DNA of 64,000 nt from a virus (Duplodnaviria > Heunggongvirae > Uroviricota > Caudoviricetes), in the IMG/VR virus record IMGVR_UViG_3300035520_000484, positions 98,993-162,992 of that record; one strand, 5' to 3'. Both the position numbers and the translations under genes were made by a program. Below are positions 21,820-34,105 of this stretch, one piece after another. The stretch's first letter is position 1. Each line of letters starts with the position of its first letter. The notes beneath the pieces are model-generated. The model was not told where the DNA came from. It searched no databases and saw nothing but the letters and a program-made list of their open reading frames with translations.

Positions 21820-22377
21820 TTTTTTAGTTGCTTGTAAAAAATAATAAAGTAATTCTACTGGTATGATTGCTAAAGTTCCTTTACTTATAGAATTTTCTTC
21901 AGCAGTTTTTTTCCATATCATTATTAAATCTCTAGGATCTGAACAATTTTCTCTAATAGTATAATAATTAGGAAGGTTTTGAGTAGCTTTACATTGAATA
22001 GCGTAAGGAAGTTCATTATTAACATCAGCAATATCTATTTTATTATTATCTAATTTTTTGCTTTCAGCTGCAGAACGACATACTCCTGTATATCCAATTT
22101 CTTTAAGTTTATTTACTACTTCTGTTTCTAAAGCTCCTCCTTTATTTCTACTTTTTTTAGCTTGATAAGATCTAAAAGTAGTATCATTAATCCATCTACA
22201 ATGAATCTTATCTTTTTTATTTGCAGAACCATTTCGAGATTTATTACAACGAATCTTAATAGCAGCTTCAGATAATTCCGAAGCTAAAGATGCATCTTCT
22301 AAAGATACATATGTTTCTTTTCTACCATTAGGATAAGTTATTTCAACTGATGTGTCTAGATTTTTCTACTTAGCCAT
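21820..22377 (-). CDS. Hypothetical protein (possible PD-(D/E)XK nuclease) with an in-frame TAG at codon 4. Start overlaps the 3' end of the primase gene.
   Basis: Minus strand ATG GCT AAG TAG AAA AAT... gives MAK(TAG)KNLDTSVEITYPNGRKETYVSLEDASLASELSEAAIKIRC...DIADVNNELPYAIQCKAT... (185 codons, ends TGA). No alternative start codon downstream of the TAG. Confidence 0.45.
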
Positions 22378-23369
22378 AGTAAAAATTGTTTAATTAAATT
22401 AATTGTTTTAGTTTTATTATTTAATTTATAATAATCACTAATATCTTTAGCATTTAATTTTCTAGGAATCCAAGTATATATTAATTCAGGGTGTTTTTTC
22501 TTAATGCGATTCATGAAAGATATTCCAGTTAAATCATTATCAAATAATACAACAATATGCTTAAATCTCTTTTTAAGACTTTCTAAAACAGTTTCACTGA
22601 TAAATTGAGTTTCTGAATTAGGTGCACAAGCTGGAATCCCTAATGAGTATAAAACCATTGTGTCTTTCATAGATTTTGTTATTACCAATAAGTTACCTTT
22701 TTTAGGTAAATGTTCTATACCTTGAATTTTTTGGGTAGGCCAATTACCAATAAAACGATATTCTTTACGTTTAGGAAAATAACATCTCCACAATTCCTCT
22801 CCGTGATACTTATTTCCATAATATCCAAAAATAGGACAATGTTGCTGAGATGAGGCAATTACATTTCCATTTAAGAATACGTGTTTACATGAATATACAT
22901 TAAATTTTTTTAGAATTTCAGGAGTTATACCATATCTTGACCACCACTTTAATTCTAAAGATGTAAAATCTTGAATTTCAACTTGAATCTTAGAAAATTC
23001 TTTTTCTTCTACTTTTATATCTTTTGATATAATTTTACCTTTATTCCTAACTAAAGTATCATCTTTATAAATGTTAAAGTCATTAGCAATTATTCGTAAA
23101 GATTCGGAATATGTACAATGAAACAATTCACATACATATCCAAAACAATTTAAAGATTGTCCAGTAGCAAAATCCTTATAAATTAAAGTACCACGATTGT
23201 TTCTATATAAAGAACAAGTTGGGTTGTTATCACGCCGTAGTTTACTTCTGAAGAGTTTCTTAGACTTAAACTCATCACCTAAGTAAAAGCCAAAGATTTG
23301 CTCTTCAGAAATTTTAGATAAAATTAAATCCTTATTTAATTTGGGCTTACTTATTAAACTAAATTTCAT
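22356..23369 (-). CDS. Putative DNA primase (TOPRIM domain). Terminates at TAG, followed six codons later by TAA.
   Basis: C-terminal HIVVLFDNDLTGISFMNRIKKK is a TOPRIM DxD motif. Sits at the start of the replication module. Confidence 0.45.
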   Translation of the reverse strand: MKFSLISKPKLNKDLILSKISEEQIFGFYLGDEFKSKKLFRSKLRRDNNPTCSLYRNNRGTLIYKDFATGQSLNCFGYVCELFHCTYSESLRIIANDFNIYKDDTLVRNKGKIISKDIKVEEKEFSKIQVEIQDFTSLELKWWSRYGITPEILKKFNVYSCKHVFLNGNVIASSQQHCPIFGYYGNKYHGEELWRCYFPKRKEYRFIGNWPTQKIQGIEHLPKKGNLLVITKSMKDTMVLYSLGIPACAPNSETQFISETVLESLKKRFKHIVVLFDNDLTGISFMNRIKKKHPELIYTWIPRKLNAKDISDYYKLNNKTKTINLIKQFLLWLSRKI

Positions 23370-23423
23370 TGCAATATAGAATTTACTGCAAATATACTTA
23401 ATTTAGTTTAATTTGCAAATAGA

Positions 23424-24191
23424 TTAGAGTGTTGCCAAAAGGTCGTCAAAGTTCACATCTTCTGTATTAGAAGCAGGTGCATCAAAGTTATTGACTGCAT
23501 CTGTTTCAGCCTTAGAAGTACTTACAGGAGTAGGCTTAGCATTTTTCAAAGAATTAGCTTGTTTCTCTTCATATGCAGTAAATGCAAGTTTAGTTAAATC
23601 ATCGCTAAATGGAGAAACCATCCAAGTATACCATTCGCCTACTTCAACTTCATTACGAGCTGCTACTTCTTCACTATGAGCTTGTGCAATACCAGTACAA
23701 TTAGGCAATGTAGCATATACACGACCATCTGAATTACGACCTACAAGTTTCATGTTAGTTGTTACTTTATCCACAACACTATCAAGAATTTTCTTGAAAG
23801 TTAGTGCAATGTCATCAAATGATTTTGCTTTACTAGAAACTTGCTGCAATTTCTCAAATGCAGTAGGAGCGAAGGCAAAACCAATTGCAGCCATTGTATC
23901 ACGAGTACGTTCCCATTGGCTAGGAAGCTCACGCTTTCCACCATTAGCCATATCAGTAGTAGTACGTTCAAAATCTTTATCCGAAGTAATCCAGAAAATA
24001 CTATGGTTATAAATACCATTATCATTACCAAAAGTAATTACTAAACTCTTCCAAGGGTTACCGTTTGCAGAAGTGCCTTCCTTAATTTCAGTACCCTTAA
24101 TAGCTACATTTTGATGAATTTCATAAGGTTTAAGATAGCTAGATGAAGTTGAAGGTTTAGTTTTTGCGAGTGATCCAAAATTAAAAGCCAT
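23424..24191 (-). CDS. Putative single-stranded DNA-binding protein (acidic C-terminal tail).
   Basis: C-terminus ...NTEDVNFDDLLATL is acidic. Position in the replication module. Weak evidence. Confidence 0.25.
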   Translation of the reverse strand: MAFNFGSLAKTKPSTSSSYLKPYEIHQNVAIKGTEIKEGTSANGNPWKSLVITFGNDNGIYNHSIFWITSDKDFERTTTDMANGGKRELPSQWERTRDTMAAIGFAFAPTAFEKLQQVSSKAKSFDDIALTFKKILDSVVDKVTTNMKLVGRNSDGRVYATLPNCTGIAQAHSEEVAARNEVEVGEWYTWMVSPFSDDLTKLAFTAYEEKQANSLKNAKPTPVSTSKAETDAVNNFDAPASNTEDVNFDDLLATL

Positions 24192-24838
24192 TTTCGTATA
24201 AATTTAAATTAATTATTAAAGTTGAAACATAGAAGCAGTTACTTCTGTAATATCAGCATCTTTATCGTCTATTAAATCTTGTAAATCTACATCAATTGGA
24301 AGATCTAATTCTTCTTCTACAGAAGGAAGATCTTCTAATTCTACATCTTCTGTCTCTACAGCACTATTCTTATCCACAAGAATAAAAAGTCCAGGTTTTG
24401 TATTATGTGCAATAATCTTAAATTCTACACCAAATTTAGATAGCTCATCATGCTTACTCCCTCTGCAAGCAAGAGACATATTTTTATTTAATTTATTACC
24501 ATTATGTGTACCCCAGACTTCATCATCTCCAATTACAGGAATAGTGTTTTTTCCTTGTTTTTCATATTTAATATCCAGTTTACATCCTGGCTGTATTTCC
24601 ATTAAATCAAGAGCAGCTTTATTGAAAATACATTTATTCTCCTCTAATACTAAAGTAGGTTCAGAACTTTCTTCTTTTTTAACCTTAGAAGTTTTCTTAG
24701 AAGGTTTATCTTCACTAACTTCAAAGTTAGATTTATCTACTTTACGAGAAATACATGTAGTTTTCATCTCTCCAGTTTCAGGATCAACTGTTACCTTATA
24801 CTTAAGAGTAAGTGTGAATTCTTCAGTAATTAAGTCCA

Positions 24839-25531
24839 TTATTTGTCTTCAGAGTAAGCTTTAATACTTTTAATTACATAATCTAGATCATTATCAATTA
24901 ATAGATCTGAAAACAATCCCATAGGAGACTTTGCAGTGCATGTACCATTAGAATTAGTAATAAACTTATACTCTACTTCATTATTTGCATTAGTAGAAAC
25001 CTTTGTAAATAATACATATGTAAATAAACCCTCAAGGGTAATTACGGTATCCAACATTTTCCCAACCGTTTTTATCTTAAAATAAGGATTAATGTTGTCT
25101 CCAGTATTTTCACTATGTGTAAGTACACATATATATAAATCATCACGCATATCCATCCCGGACTTTAGTGCTTCATAAGCATGTTTAGCCATATCAGTAA
25201 ATTTTGCATATCCTTTCTCATCTGCACGAGACATTGCTTCAAAAGCTTGCAAATATTGAAAATCATCAATTATGAGAATTTTCACATTAGTTAATTTACT
25301 ATTGATAATTCCCATCATCTTTTTAATATTATCAATATTTGCAGTTGTGTAGAAGTTACCTGAAATTTTACCATTTTCTACCTTAAAATCTGGATATTTC
25401 TTTTTTGCTCCTTTAATACCTGGGCGCTTTCCAGTAGTTGAGATAATAAAAGTTTCAGAAGGGTTTAGGTTTCTAATAGAAGTTGTCTTTCCTGATCCAC
25501 TTTCGCCTACAATTGCTATGAGTTCTGACAT
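24839..25531 (-). CDS. P-loop NTPase (replication-associated ATPase).
   Basis: Walker A VGESGSGKTTS. Walker B-like ILIIDD. Confidence 0.5.
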   Translation of the reverse strand: MSELIAIVGESGSGKTTSIRNLNPSETFIISTTGKRPGIKGAKKKYPDFKVENGKISGNFYTTANIDNIKKMMGIINSKLTNVKILIIDDFQYLQAFEAMSRADEKGYAKFTDMAKHAYEALKSGMDMRDDLYICVLTHSENTGDNINPYFKIKTVGKMLDTVITLEGLFTYVLFTKVSTNANNEVEYKFITNSNGTCTAKSPMGLFSDLLIDNDLDYVIKSIKAYSEDK

Positions 25532-26619
25532 TATAAAGTAAATTTAAGATTATTTTTAGGTGTATCTTCTGTATATTCTATTCCTTTCATATTATCTATA
25601 TACCATTTTGGATTATCAAAAATACTATAATCATATATATCAGAAGCTCTAGGAAGTTCAGTCCATTTATTACATTTCCCATCATAATAAATGAAATCTT
25701 CTACATCTGCTTCACCATATCTTGATTTTAATACAATTATACTTCTAAATCTATCACCTAATTCTTTAATATCATACCCTCTATGTGAAGATAATTTCAA
25801 TCTATTAGGACTAAATATTGCTAATACAATCTCTGCGTCCTCAATTGTAGAATTAGAATCTTTATAGTCAGACGTCATTGGAATAACCATAGCTTCCTTT
25901 CGTCTATCCATAGATTGAATACCTCTATTTAATTGTTGAATTACAATTGGAGTAATTCCACATCTATTCTTTAGAGAATATAAATATTTAGACGTTAAAT
26001 CCATCTCTTGTTTTAATGTATTACCGCCAGATGGAAAAATTCTAGCTAAATGATCAATTACAACAAGATGAATTAAATCCGGATCATCAGGTGTATAGAT
26101 TTTACGTTTTTCTAGTTCGGTAAAGGTTCCTCGTGCCTCTAATTCTTTATTAAGACACGAATAAATCGAGTTGGCAGATGCATTCTTATCATATATTGTA
26201 AGAACTTCTTCTACTTTATGTAGCCAAGGAATACATTCTTTTACAATTTCATAATTCTTATCATCAAGAATAAATCCTCTTTGTGCAGATAATAATTGCT
26301 TTAAACTTAATCTTTTATTATATTTTTCAAATATATAAGTAGAAAGTAATTTAGCCATAATCATTTCTGCATTCATCTCAAGAGAGAACAAGCTAATTCT
26401 AAATTTTCCATCATCTAGATGATCCATTAATGGTCTGTAAATGAAAGAATAAAGCATAAAACTTGATTTACCTACTCCAGATTCTGCTCCGATCAAATAG
26501 TAAGCACCCTTACACACACCATCTATCACTTGTTCTAGTTTAGGTAATCCAATACTATAACCTTGTGCTTTACCTTGTCTACCTCTATCAATTGCTTCAA
26601 GTAGTGCTTCAGTAATCAT
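25531..26619 (-). CDS. DnaB-like replicative helicase (RecA-fold C-terminal domain).
   Basis: YYLIGAESGVGKSSFMLYSF (Walker A). LVVIDHLARI (Walker B). Gene size and neighbouring genes fit. Confidence 0.5.
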   Translation of the reverse strand: MITEALLEAIDRGRQGKAQGYSIGLPKLEQVIDGVCKGAYYLIGAESGVGKSSFMLYSFIYRPLMDHLDDGKFRISLFSLEMNAEMIMAKLLSTYIFEKYNKRLSLKQLLSAQRGFILDDKNYEIVKECIPWLHKVEEVLTIYDKNASANSIYSCLNKELEARGTFTELEKRKIYTPDDPDLIHLVVIDHLARIFPSGGNTLKQEMDLTSKYLYSLKNRCGITPIVIQQLNRGIQSMDRRKEAMVIPMTSDYKDSNSTIEDAEIVLAIFSPNRLKLSSHRGYDIKELGDRFRSIIVLKSRYGEADVEDFIYYDGKCNKWTELPRASDIYDYSIFDNPKWYIDNMKGIEYTEDTPKNNLKFTL

Positions 26620-27571
26620 AGTTCTCGAATAGCATTATAGTTAATATTATTGGTGCCTTCTTTCATTGCTTTAAGATCATGCCAAGCGTTGTTAATTATA
26701 AAACTACTAAGTGACTGGCATATTAAATTATTATCTTTAGCCCATTTAACTAAATTAATAATCTCAGAATGTAATTCTGGATTCCATTTAATATATTTAC
26801 CATACTTAGCATATGCATCTTCTAATGAATCAAAATGTTTACTTACTCCTCTAAGAGATACAACACTTCCATTACTTAATGTTGTAAATTGAGGATAAGT
26901 ATCAAATAGTTCCTTCCCTAACTCGAATGAGCATTTATAAATATTTTTAATAAAGTTTTTATTAATTGCTATCTCGTATGGATTAAATTCTTCACCATCA
27001 TTTGGAATTTTATATGACTTAAGAATAATTCCTTTAGTTTGAAGAGAATCCAATAAGTCACGTAATTTAATTCCTGCAGGTTTTAAAGTTGCAATATAAT
27101 CAGAAAATAACTGTTCATTATTTTCATCTTGTAATATAAGTAATACTCTAAGTAAAAACAGTTCAGATGATGTAAGTGAATATCTATTAAGAATAGCAAT
27201 TTCTTCTTCAAGTGTAAGTGTTAGTTTCAAAATCAGTTTAGAAATTATGTAAACAAAGTACATATCTAAACTGTAAAATTTTATACTGATTTCTCAGTTG
27301 TAGTAATTACATAGAAATATTCTTAAAGTTTATCTTTAGTATACTTTTCAATATAATCCTCTAAAAGTTCTTTTTGAAGTTCTGTTATTCTATTTTTTAG
27401 CTTTTTAAGATTTAGCACAATATCTTGGTCAAGATTATCTTTACATGAATTATTAGCAAACCAAAATTCACAATATGTAGGGCTGCCTTTTGCAGTATAT
27501 TGAGAATAAATATAATTATCTAATATAGATTCTAATGCTAAATACTCTAAATAATGTTCAACAGTCATATT

Positions 27572-28846
27572 TTAATATCTAAAAGTGAAATCCTTTACTT
27601 TTTTAGAATAAGGTTTAGGAGTTCTTCCTGCTAATACATCTTCTAAACCCTCTTCATCAATAGTAATAAAAGGAGAATTTTTATGAGATTTTTTAAGCCA
27701 TTCTAGCTCTACAGTATTATTAATAATAAGATTAAATATTTCTGCATGTTTTCCTTCCTTAAAACGAATAGCTCTACCTCTAGCTTGAGTAGCTCGGGTT
27801 TCTGAAGAATCAATTCCTAACATAATTGCAGTATCCAAACCTGCTATATCAGCTCCTTCAATAAGCTTTTTTACTGAATTAATAACTCCAGTACTTTGTA
27901 AATTAAATTCTTCAATATTAGCACGTGCTTTCTTCTTACTATCTTTACCTGTATAAACTTCTCCAATACCAATAGCTTCTGCCATTTTAATATTATTAGA
28001 GAAAGTAATAATTTTAGAGAAAGGACGCATTTCAATAATGTGACGAGCTATTTCTATCTTTTTAGGATGGTTATTTATAAAAGCTTTTCTTTTTTGTAAA
28101 GCTCTCATAAATCCAGTTGCATGATAAGTTATATTAGTAAATACTTTTTTACGTTCTTCTTCACTTCCATGTGGGCACATTTCATCACGAAGTTTAGCAC
28201 GTTCAATAAAACCTTTAGGACCAATACAAGCCATTACTTTTGACCAATCAAAAGAGAAAAATTCAAAATGCTGTATAAATTCCTTATTATATTTACTATA
28301 TTCACTAATATCATCAACATCAAGAAGAACTTGATATTCTGTATATTGAGATACCCAATTATTACATAAAGCTTCTTGTAATGTTATAATATCCACTACA
28401 GGACAATATTTTTCCATTACTTCTTTATGCAAATTATCAAGTCTTTCAAAAGTTGCAGTTAATCCTAACACATATTTATATTTAATAGTATTAAAGATAT
28501 CTCTAAATGTAGAAGAATTAACTCTATGACACTCATCAATTACTAATATATCAGTTTGATAATTATTCTTGATAGCAGTATTAACAATTACAACTTCTCC
28601 ATTTAAAGAAAATCCCCAAGCATCTATTTGTTGTTCCCACTGAATCTTTAAATTATCAGTTGGAACAACTACAATAAATCTTGTGGTAGGATATTTACTT
28701 ATAAAAACATTTAGAGCCTTTAATGCAGTTACAGTTTTACCTGTGCCGGTCGGTTGAACTAAGCTCCCGATACCTTTAGCTTGCAACCACTTCTTAACGC
28801 ATAGTTCTTGCCTAATATCTCTAGATGATTTATTAGTTTCAGACAT
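27572..28846 (-). CDS. Superfamily 2 (DEAD/DEAH-box, UvsW-like) helicase.
   Basis: Motif I QPTGTGKT. Motif II VIDECHR (DExH). Confidence 0.7.
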   Translation of the reverse strand: MSETNKSSRDIRQELCVKKWLQAKGIGSLVQPTGTGKTVTALKALNVFISKYPTTRFIVVVPTDNLKIQWEQQIDAWGFSLNGEVVIVNTAIKNNYQTDILVIDECHRVNSSTFRDIFNTIKYKYVLGLTATFERLDNLHKEVMEKYCPVVDIITLQEALCNNWVSQYTEYQVLLDVDDISEYSKYNKEFIQHFEFFSFDWSKVMACIGPKGFIERAKLRDEMCPHGSEEERKKVFTNITYHATGFMRALQKRKAFINNHPKKIEIARHIIEMRPFSKIITFSNNIKMAEAIGIGEVYTGKDSKKKARANIEEFNLQSTGVINSVKKLIEGADIAGLDTAIMLGIDSSETRATQARGRAIRFKEGKHAEIFNLIINNTVELEWLKKSHKNSPFITIDEEGLEDVLAGRTPKPYSKKVKDFTFRY

Positions 28847-31800
28847 TGCTTAAAACATAAATTAGAGCAGACCAATTATCTACTCCTAATATTATTAATT
28901 TATGACAATTTAGAACAATGTCACAAATTATCTTTAACATTGTTCTTCCAAAGTAACCCCTAAATACTTAGCTACCTTCTTAATTTGATCCATTCGTTCT
29001 TCCCAACTTTCAATATGATACATAACCTCATTTTCAAGTCGGAATAATACCTTATTGCGAAGAACTGTAAGTTGGTCTGTTGTAAGTTCAGAATATTTCT
29101 TAGGTTTCAAAGTTACCATTGCACGAAGCTCATTATAATTAAGTCCAGAAGGCTTAACAATAAGACGTACAGAAGGTTTAATTCCCAAACGTTCTTTTAC
29201 AACTTCAAGTTTACTACGAGTCTTACCCTCTTTATCCTTTTCATCAAATTCCTTAATTTCAGAAGGAGTTAGATAGATACCCATATTAAGAATAAAACTA
29301 AAAGTAATATGCTTTGTGTCAATACTACCAAGTTGGTCTAGACATCCATCCAATACATTTTCAATAGAGATGCGTTCAAATTCTCGAGGAAGCCCACCAG
29401 TACAAGCAGCAATAGAAATATTCTTAAGTTCCTTAGAAGGAAATTCTTCTTTATGAGCATTCATATATGTACGAATATCCTGTACATAAAGATGACGAGG
29501 ATAAGGTTTTGCGTCTGCACAAATTGCTCCTGATTCTAATTTACGAAGGAATAGTTCAGTATTACATTTACTACGTTGATCTTTAATAATATCAAGTAGA
29601 ACATATCTACCAGGATTTAGCCTATCATTACTATAAAGCATAGAATAACAATGATTATAAAATCTATTAAGTTGTTCAGGCGTGGCATCTACAAGTCGTA
29701 GTTCATCTTGTGAACCATCAGATTTACGTGCAAATTTCCATACAAAAGATTTTACATCATTGCTTTTTGCATTAATAGCTTCAGTAAGCTTTTCTTTCAT
29801 CATTGTCATAACTTATATTTTTCATAATTATAAAAATTTTAATCTACATTACATACTTTTGGTCTGTTTCTTCTGGCTTTTTAATAAACTTATTAAATTG
29901 TACTCCATCATATTGATAAGGAACCATTTTCTCGCCATCAAACCATTTATCTATTCCTGCTAAAATCTCTTTATAATCTAAATAACCTATTTCTCCAATT
30001 TCTAGATTTCTATGTTCCCAATTTGGATATCTTGTACACATGATATATTTAGAATAGCTAATAGCTTCCTTTTCTAAACATTGAAATACATATGTAGTAT
30101 ATCCTCCTAAACTAGTTTCTTTTACTAGAAGTTTTGCAAGTACGGTCATTGTACAAAATACATCCATATTTAGCCATATCACAACGACATTTTTCAATAC
30201 CCTCAAAACATGGATATTTTGCACATGATTTACAAGACCTTTCTGGATATTTTAGTTTTACTCCATCCTCATCTCTAATTACTTTACTCATTTTAACAAT
30301 AAAAATACTAACAGTCCAACACTGACAGTTAATCCACCTACTTGCCAGTATTTTAACGTATTACTTTTACTTGATAATTGTTGATTAAGATTTTCTATCT
30401 TATCAAGATATTCTTGATTTAATACTTTATATTCACCAAGTTGTACTTTTCTCAAAGAATCAACTTGAACTAACTGATTATTTACTTGAATATAGTTATT
30501 AAGTTGTTCATTAAGTAAATTATTCTCTGTTAGTAATTTTTTATGTTCTACAAAAATGAGATTAGCATATTTAATATCAGAAACTGTTACTGATACTGTC
30601 GAGTCGTTCTCTATTGGCTGTGATATATTCGAGGAAAAAGCTATAATCCTCGTTAACATCATTACTAATAATATGCTTAAAATCCTCTTCATATTGTTTA
30701 TTATTACTATCAATTTTCTTATAAACAGTATCTATTCTTTCAACTAAACTATCTCGGACAATATAAATACTGTCTATAGTTTGATCAGTTGTATCATTAA
30801 TATTAGTTTGTTTATAAGAAGATTTATATAAGAAATATGCCTGAACAATAAATAGAATACAAAGTATAGCTATAATTATATAATACTTTTTCATCTTTTC
30901 TTTTTTAGTAACTCAAATTCAGGTAAATTATTTTCTTTTATAAAACTTTTAGGTGCCCCTAATAAAGTAATAAAGCGGAATAAGCTAAAATTCTTAAACC
31001 GCTTTATTACTTTACATTCTTTCACATTAAGTAATTTTCCCGATGTATAATATCTACATACAATAGTATTTACTCGATTAGGTTCTACTCTTTCAATACT
31101 TACTTCATATAGAAATTTAGGAGTCTGCTCAATTTGAAGATCTTGGTATCTATACGTTATAGGTTTTACCATTATAACAGTATTTAGATACAAGTGACTT
31201 CACACCAGCTTTAGTTTTAATTGTATAATTTTCTAGAACATCATTTACCTTTGTGTTCAAAACATTCTTAGAGTATGTACTATGAGGAAACTTATTATTG
31301 TTTACTAGATAAACAATTAATTTAGCTTCATAAGTAGCTCTAGATTCAGGAATAGAATGAAAATGTCCATCACGTTCCTTATAACGTAGCTTTTCATTAC
31401 GTAGGATTCTTTTTTCATTCTTAGTCTTACTCCAAACTGAAGGATCACGAGGTGCTAATACTCCATATCGAATCAAACCATGTTGAAGCATTACCTTATC
31501 ATCATGAACATTAATCCAACGATTTTCTTTCTTTTCCATAATTAAATTTTTGATTTTTTAATAGACTTGAATTTATGAAGAACTTCATACATTTTAAAGA
31601 AGCTATTCAGTATTCTAGTAATTTTTATATTATGATGAATATTATATGTTTCATTCCAATCACCTGTTTTATAAATCCATCGAATCTGATCAGATGTTAC
31701 ATTTGGTAATGTATACTGATAATATTCTAGGAAGTGACCAGAACAATTTATAGTTCCAATATCGGCTATATGAAGATAATAATGATTAGCTGTATTTAAT

Positions 31801-32300
31801 CCACATACAGAATTAGAGTCTTCCCATTCATTTATTGTTTGTGATTGAACTTCCTCTCTAATAGCAGATTCATTCTTTTCTTCATCACTTGCAATACATA
31901 AATCAAACGGAACTTCTAATTGTTGTAAATGTTGTGCTATTTCAGCAGTTAACCAACAACAGCCTCCAAAATTAACATCATATTCCTCATTAAGCTCTTT
32001 ACATAATTTATTTAATTTCTTAATTAATCTTTTGAGGATAATTTTCCGCATAATAAATTATTAAATGATTCTTTCATCTTAGCTCGTTCTGCTGCCCAAT
32101 TATTGAAAGGAAGTTTATCATATTTACAATGTAAACGATAATTAACTATCCTATCAACAGCATTTTCTATAGTTAGCCCATATGCAACGCATTTGAACTC
32201 TTGACGAGGTTCTTTACCTCTAGGTTTAATAGTATAGAGTAGTTCCAAATCATAAAATGGACTGAACTCAGATACAGGAGTTAATCTAAAATCTTTTTCT

Positions 32301-32783
32301 TCAATTACCATGTTTTAATTGATTTACAATTCGCATTAGTTTGACATCATAATCTCTTGCTTCTGCGTAACGTATTCGCTTGAGAAAATGATAATAATTT
32401 TCTCCTTCTTTATATCTGTCTTGTATTTTAGTTTTATAAGCTAAAACACTTTCAGACCAATGATTGTATCTACAATACTTCCCATTCTTAGTTATTCCAA
32501 ATAAATTATGTCCTTTAATACATAATTTTGATTTGAAATTTCCAGTTTCAAGAATAGCTTGAGCATACACAATTTCCTTATGATGTATTTCATAATATTC
32601 AAGTGCTTCCCACAATCCTTCTTCAGGAGGTAAATATAGAAAACTAGGAGGAGCATGTGTAACTTCATACGTTTCTTGAGCTGCAGTGTAATGCCCTTTA
32701 CTATCATGTAAGAATATTAATATTGATGCACATATAGCAAAAGGAATTACAATTTTCAAAAAGTCAATAAATCTTTGTTTCAT
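32301..32783 (-). CDS. Peptidoglycan hydrolase (mannosyl-glycoprotein endo-beta-N-acetylglucosaminidase-like) with an N-terminal membrane anchor.
   Basis: AQAILETGNFKS...GHNLFGITKNG matches the glucosaminidase (FlgJ / GH73-like) signature. N-terminal hydrophobic segment IVIPFAICASILIFL. Confidence 0.55.
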   Translation of the reverse strand: MKQRFIDFLKIVIPFAICASILIFLHDSKGHYTAAQETYEVTHAPPSFLYLPPEEGLWEALEYYEIHHKEIVYAQAILETGNFKSKLCIKGHNLFGITKNGKYCRYNHWSESVLAYKTKIQDRYKEGENYYHFLKRIRYAEARDYDVKLMRIVNQLKHGN

Positions 32784-33688
32784 ATTAATTCCACCAATTT
32801 TTGAGCTTATATTTCATAATATTATGAAATAAGTTCCATAGTTTTTCACTATATAATTCAATTTTTACATTCGGATCATCGACATATTCTCGATAACGAA
32901 TAAATCTTGCATAATTTGATGAATTAACATAAGGCAAAGTATAAGTCCAATCTTCAATCGGGCCATCAGTTCCATTTAGAGTATACCAGTTTTCTTCTAG
33001 ATACATATCTAGAATTTTACAAGCTAGAGATAACCAATAAACATCTACCTCCCAATTTAAATAGTGATGATTAGTTTTAATATCATTTAAGAGACGTCTA
33101 AGTTGATGTAATTGAGCATAGAGAACTCCTGTATAATCAAAATCATACATTTTTTTAGTAGCTTTCCAATATGATAGAAATATTTTAACTCTATCTTTAA
33201 AACGCAACCAATTCTCTTCAATATTTAAATATTTATAATATAAATTCTGTAAGCTTAATTTAACCATAATTTTTATTTTACTAACTTAGATATATAATTT
33301 TCTATAAATTGATTAGCATTAAAATCAGAATCTATATTAATAAAAATAATTTCATCTTTTATACTCTTTAAGGAAGGAGGATCAGTGACAGTACATTCCT
33401 TGTCTTTAAGTTGTTCTAAAGTTGATGTTTGATTGAAATGATTCCAACAACAACTACCAGATAATTTCCTTATTTGTGTAGCTACCTTACCAAGTTGAGT
33501 TTCTAATTGATTTATTTGTTTCTCTATTTGATAAGTCTCTTGAATAAGATCCTTACATTTAAGATAATTCTCGCTAGGAGTATATGATTTTAAAAACTTT
33601 TCTTTCTTATCATTTAATATCTCCTTAAGTTTTGATTGAACCCTAGCAGCAAGTACATTTATCTCTTCTTTAGTTAACTTTCCCATTT

Positions 33689-34105
33689 TTATATCAATTG
33701 TGATGCTTTACGTGCTAAATTATCCACATATTCATTCCAATATGTACCTTGATGCCCTTTAACATGAGTAAATTGAATATTAGAACATAATTCATTTACT
33801 CTGTTAATCTGTTTATCATACTCTTGCCATAATTTCTTATTCTTCTTTTTAGACCAACCAAGAGTAGCACATCCAATTACATATTGAGAATCCGTATAAA
33901 TAGTAATACTATCATACTGTTCTTTAATCAAACGAAGAGCAATAATCACTGCTCCTAATTCCATTTGATTATTAGAAGTACGTTTGTACATATTTGAGTA
34001 TTCTAGTATTTTTTTATCGTCTTGTAATATAACTAAACCTACACCACCTTGATCTCTTAATGGTGAATAAGCTCCATCAGTCCATATTATCAGGTTCTTT
34101 TTCAT
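33689..34105 (-). CDS. Ribonuclease H (RNase HI-like).
   Basis: IWTDGAY...NQMELGAVIIAL...IYTDSQYVI...VKGHQGTYWNEYVDNLARKA carries the DEDD catalytic residues in RNase HI order. Confidence 0.75.
   Translation of the reverse strand: MKKNLIIWTDGAYSPLRDQGGVGLVILQDDKKILEYSNMYKRTSNNQMELGAVIIALRLIKEQYDSITIYTDSQYVIGCATLGWSKKKNKKLWQEYDKQINRVNELCSNIQFTHVKGHQGTYWNEYVDNLARKASQLI

Noticed and set aside
5292-24864. Numerous plus-strand ORFs of 60-100 aa embedded in minus-strand genes (for example 5292-5579, 17453-17641, 17900-18208, 23491-23679, 23752-24012, 24544-24864).
   Set aside because: All lie antisense within well-supported minus-strand genes and have low-complexity composition. They are AT-rich shadow ORFs.
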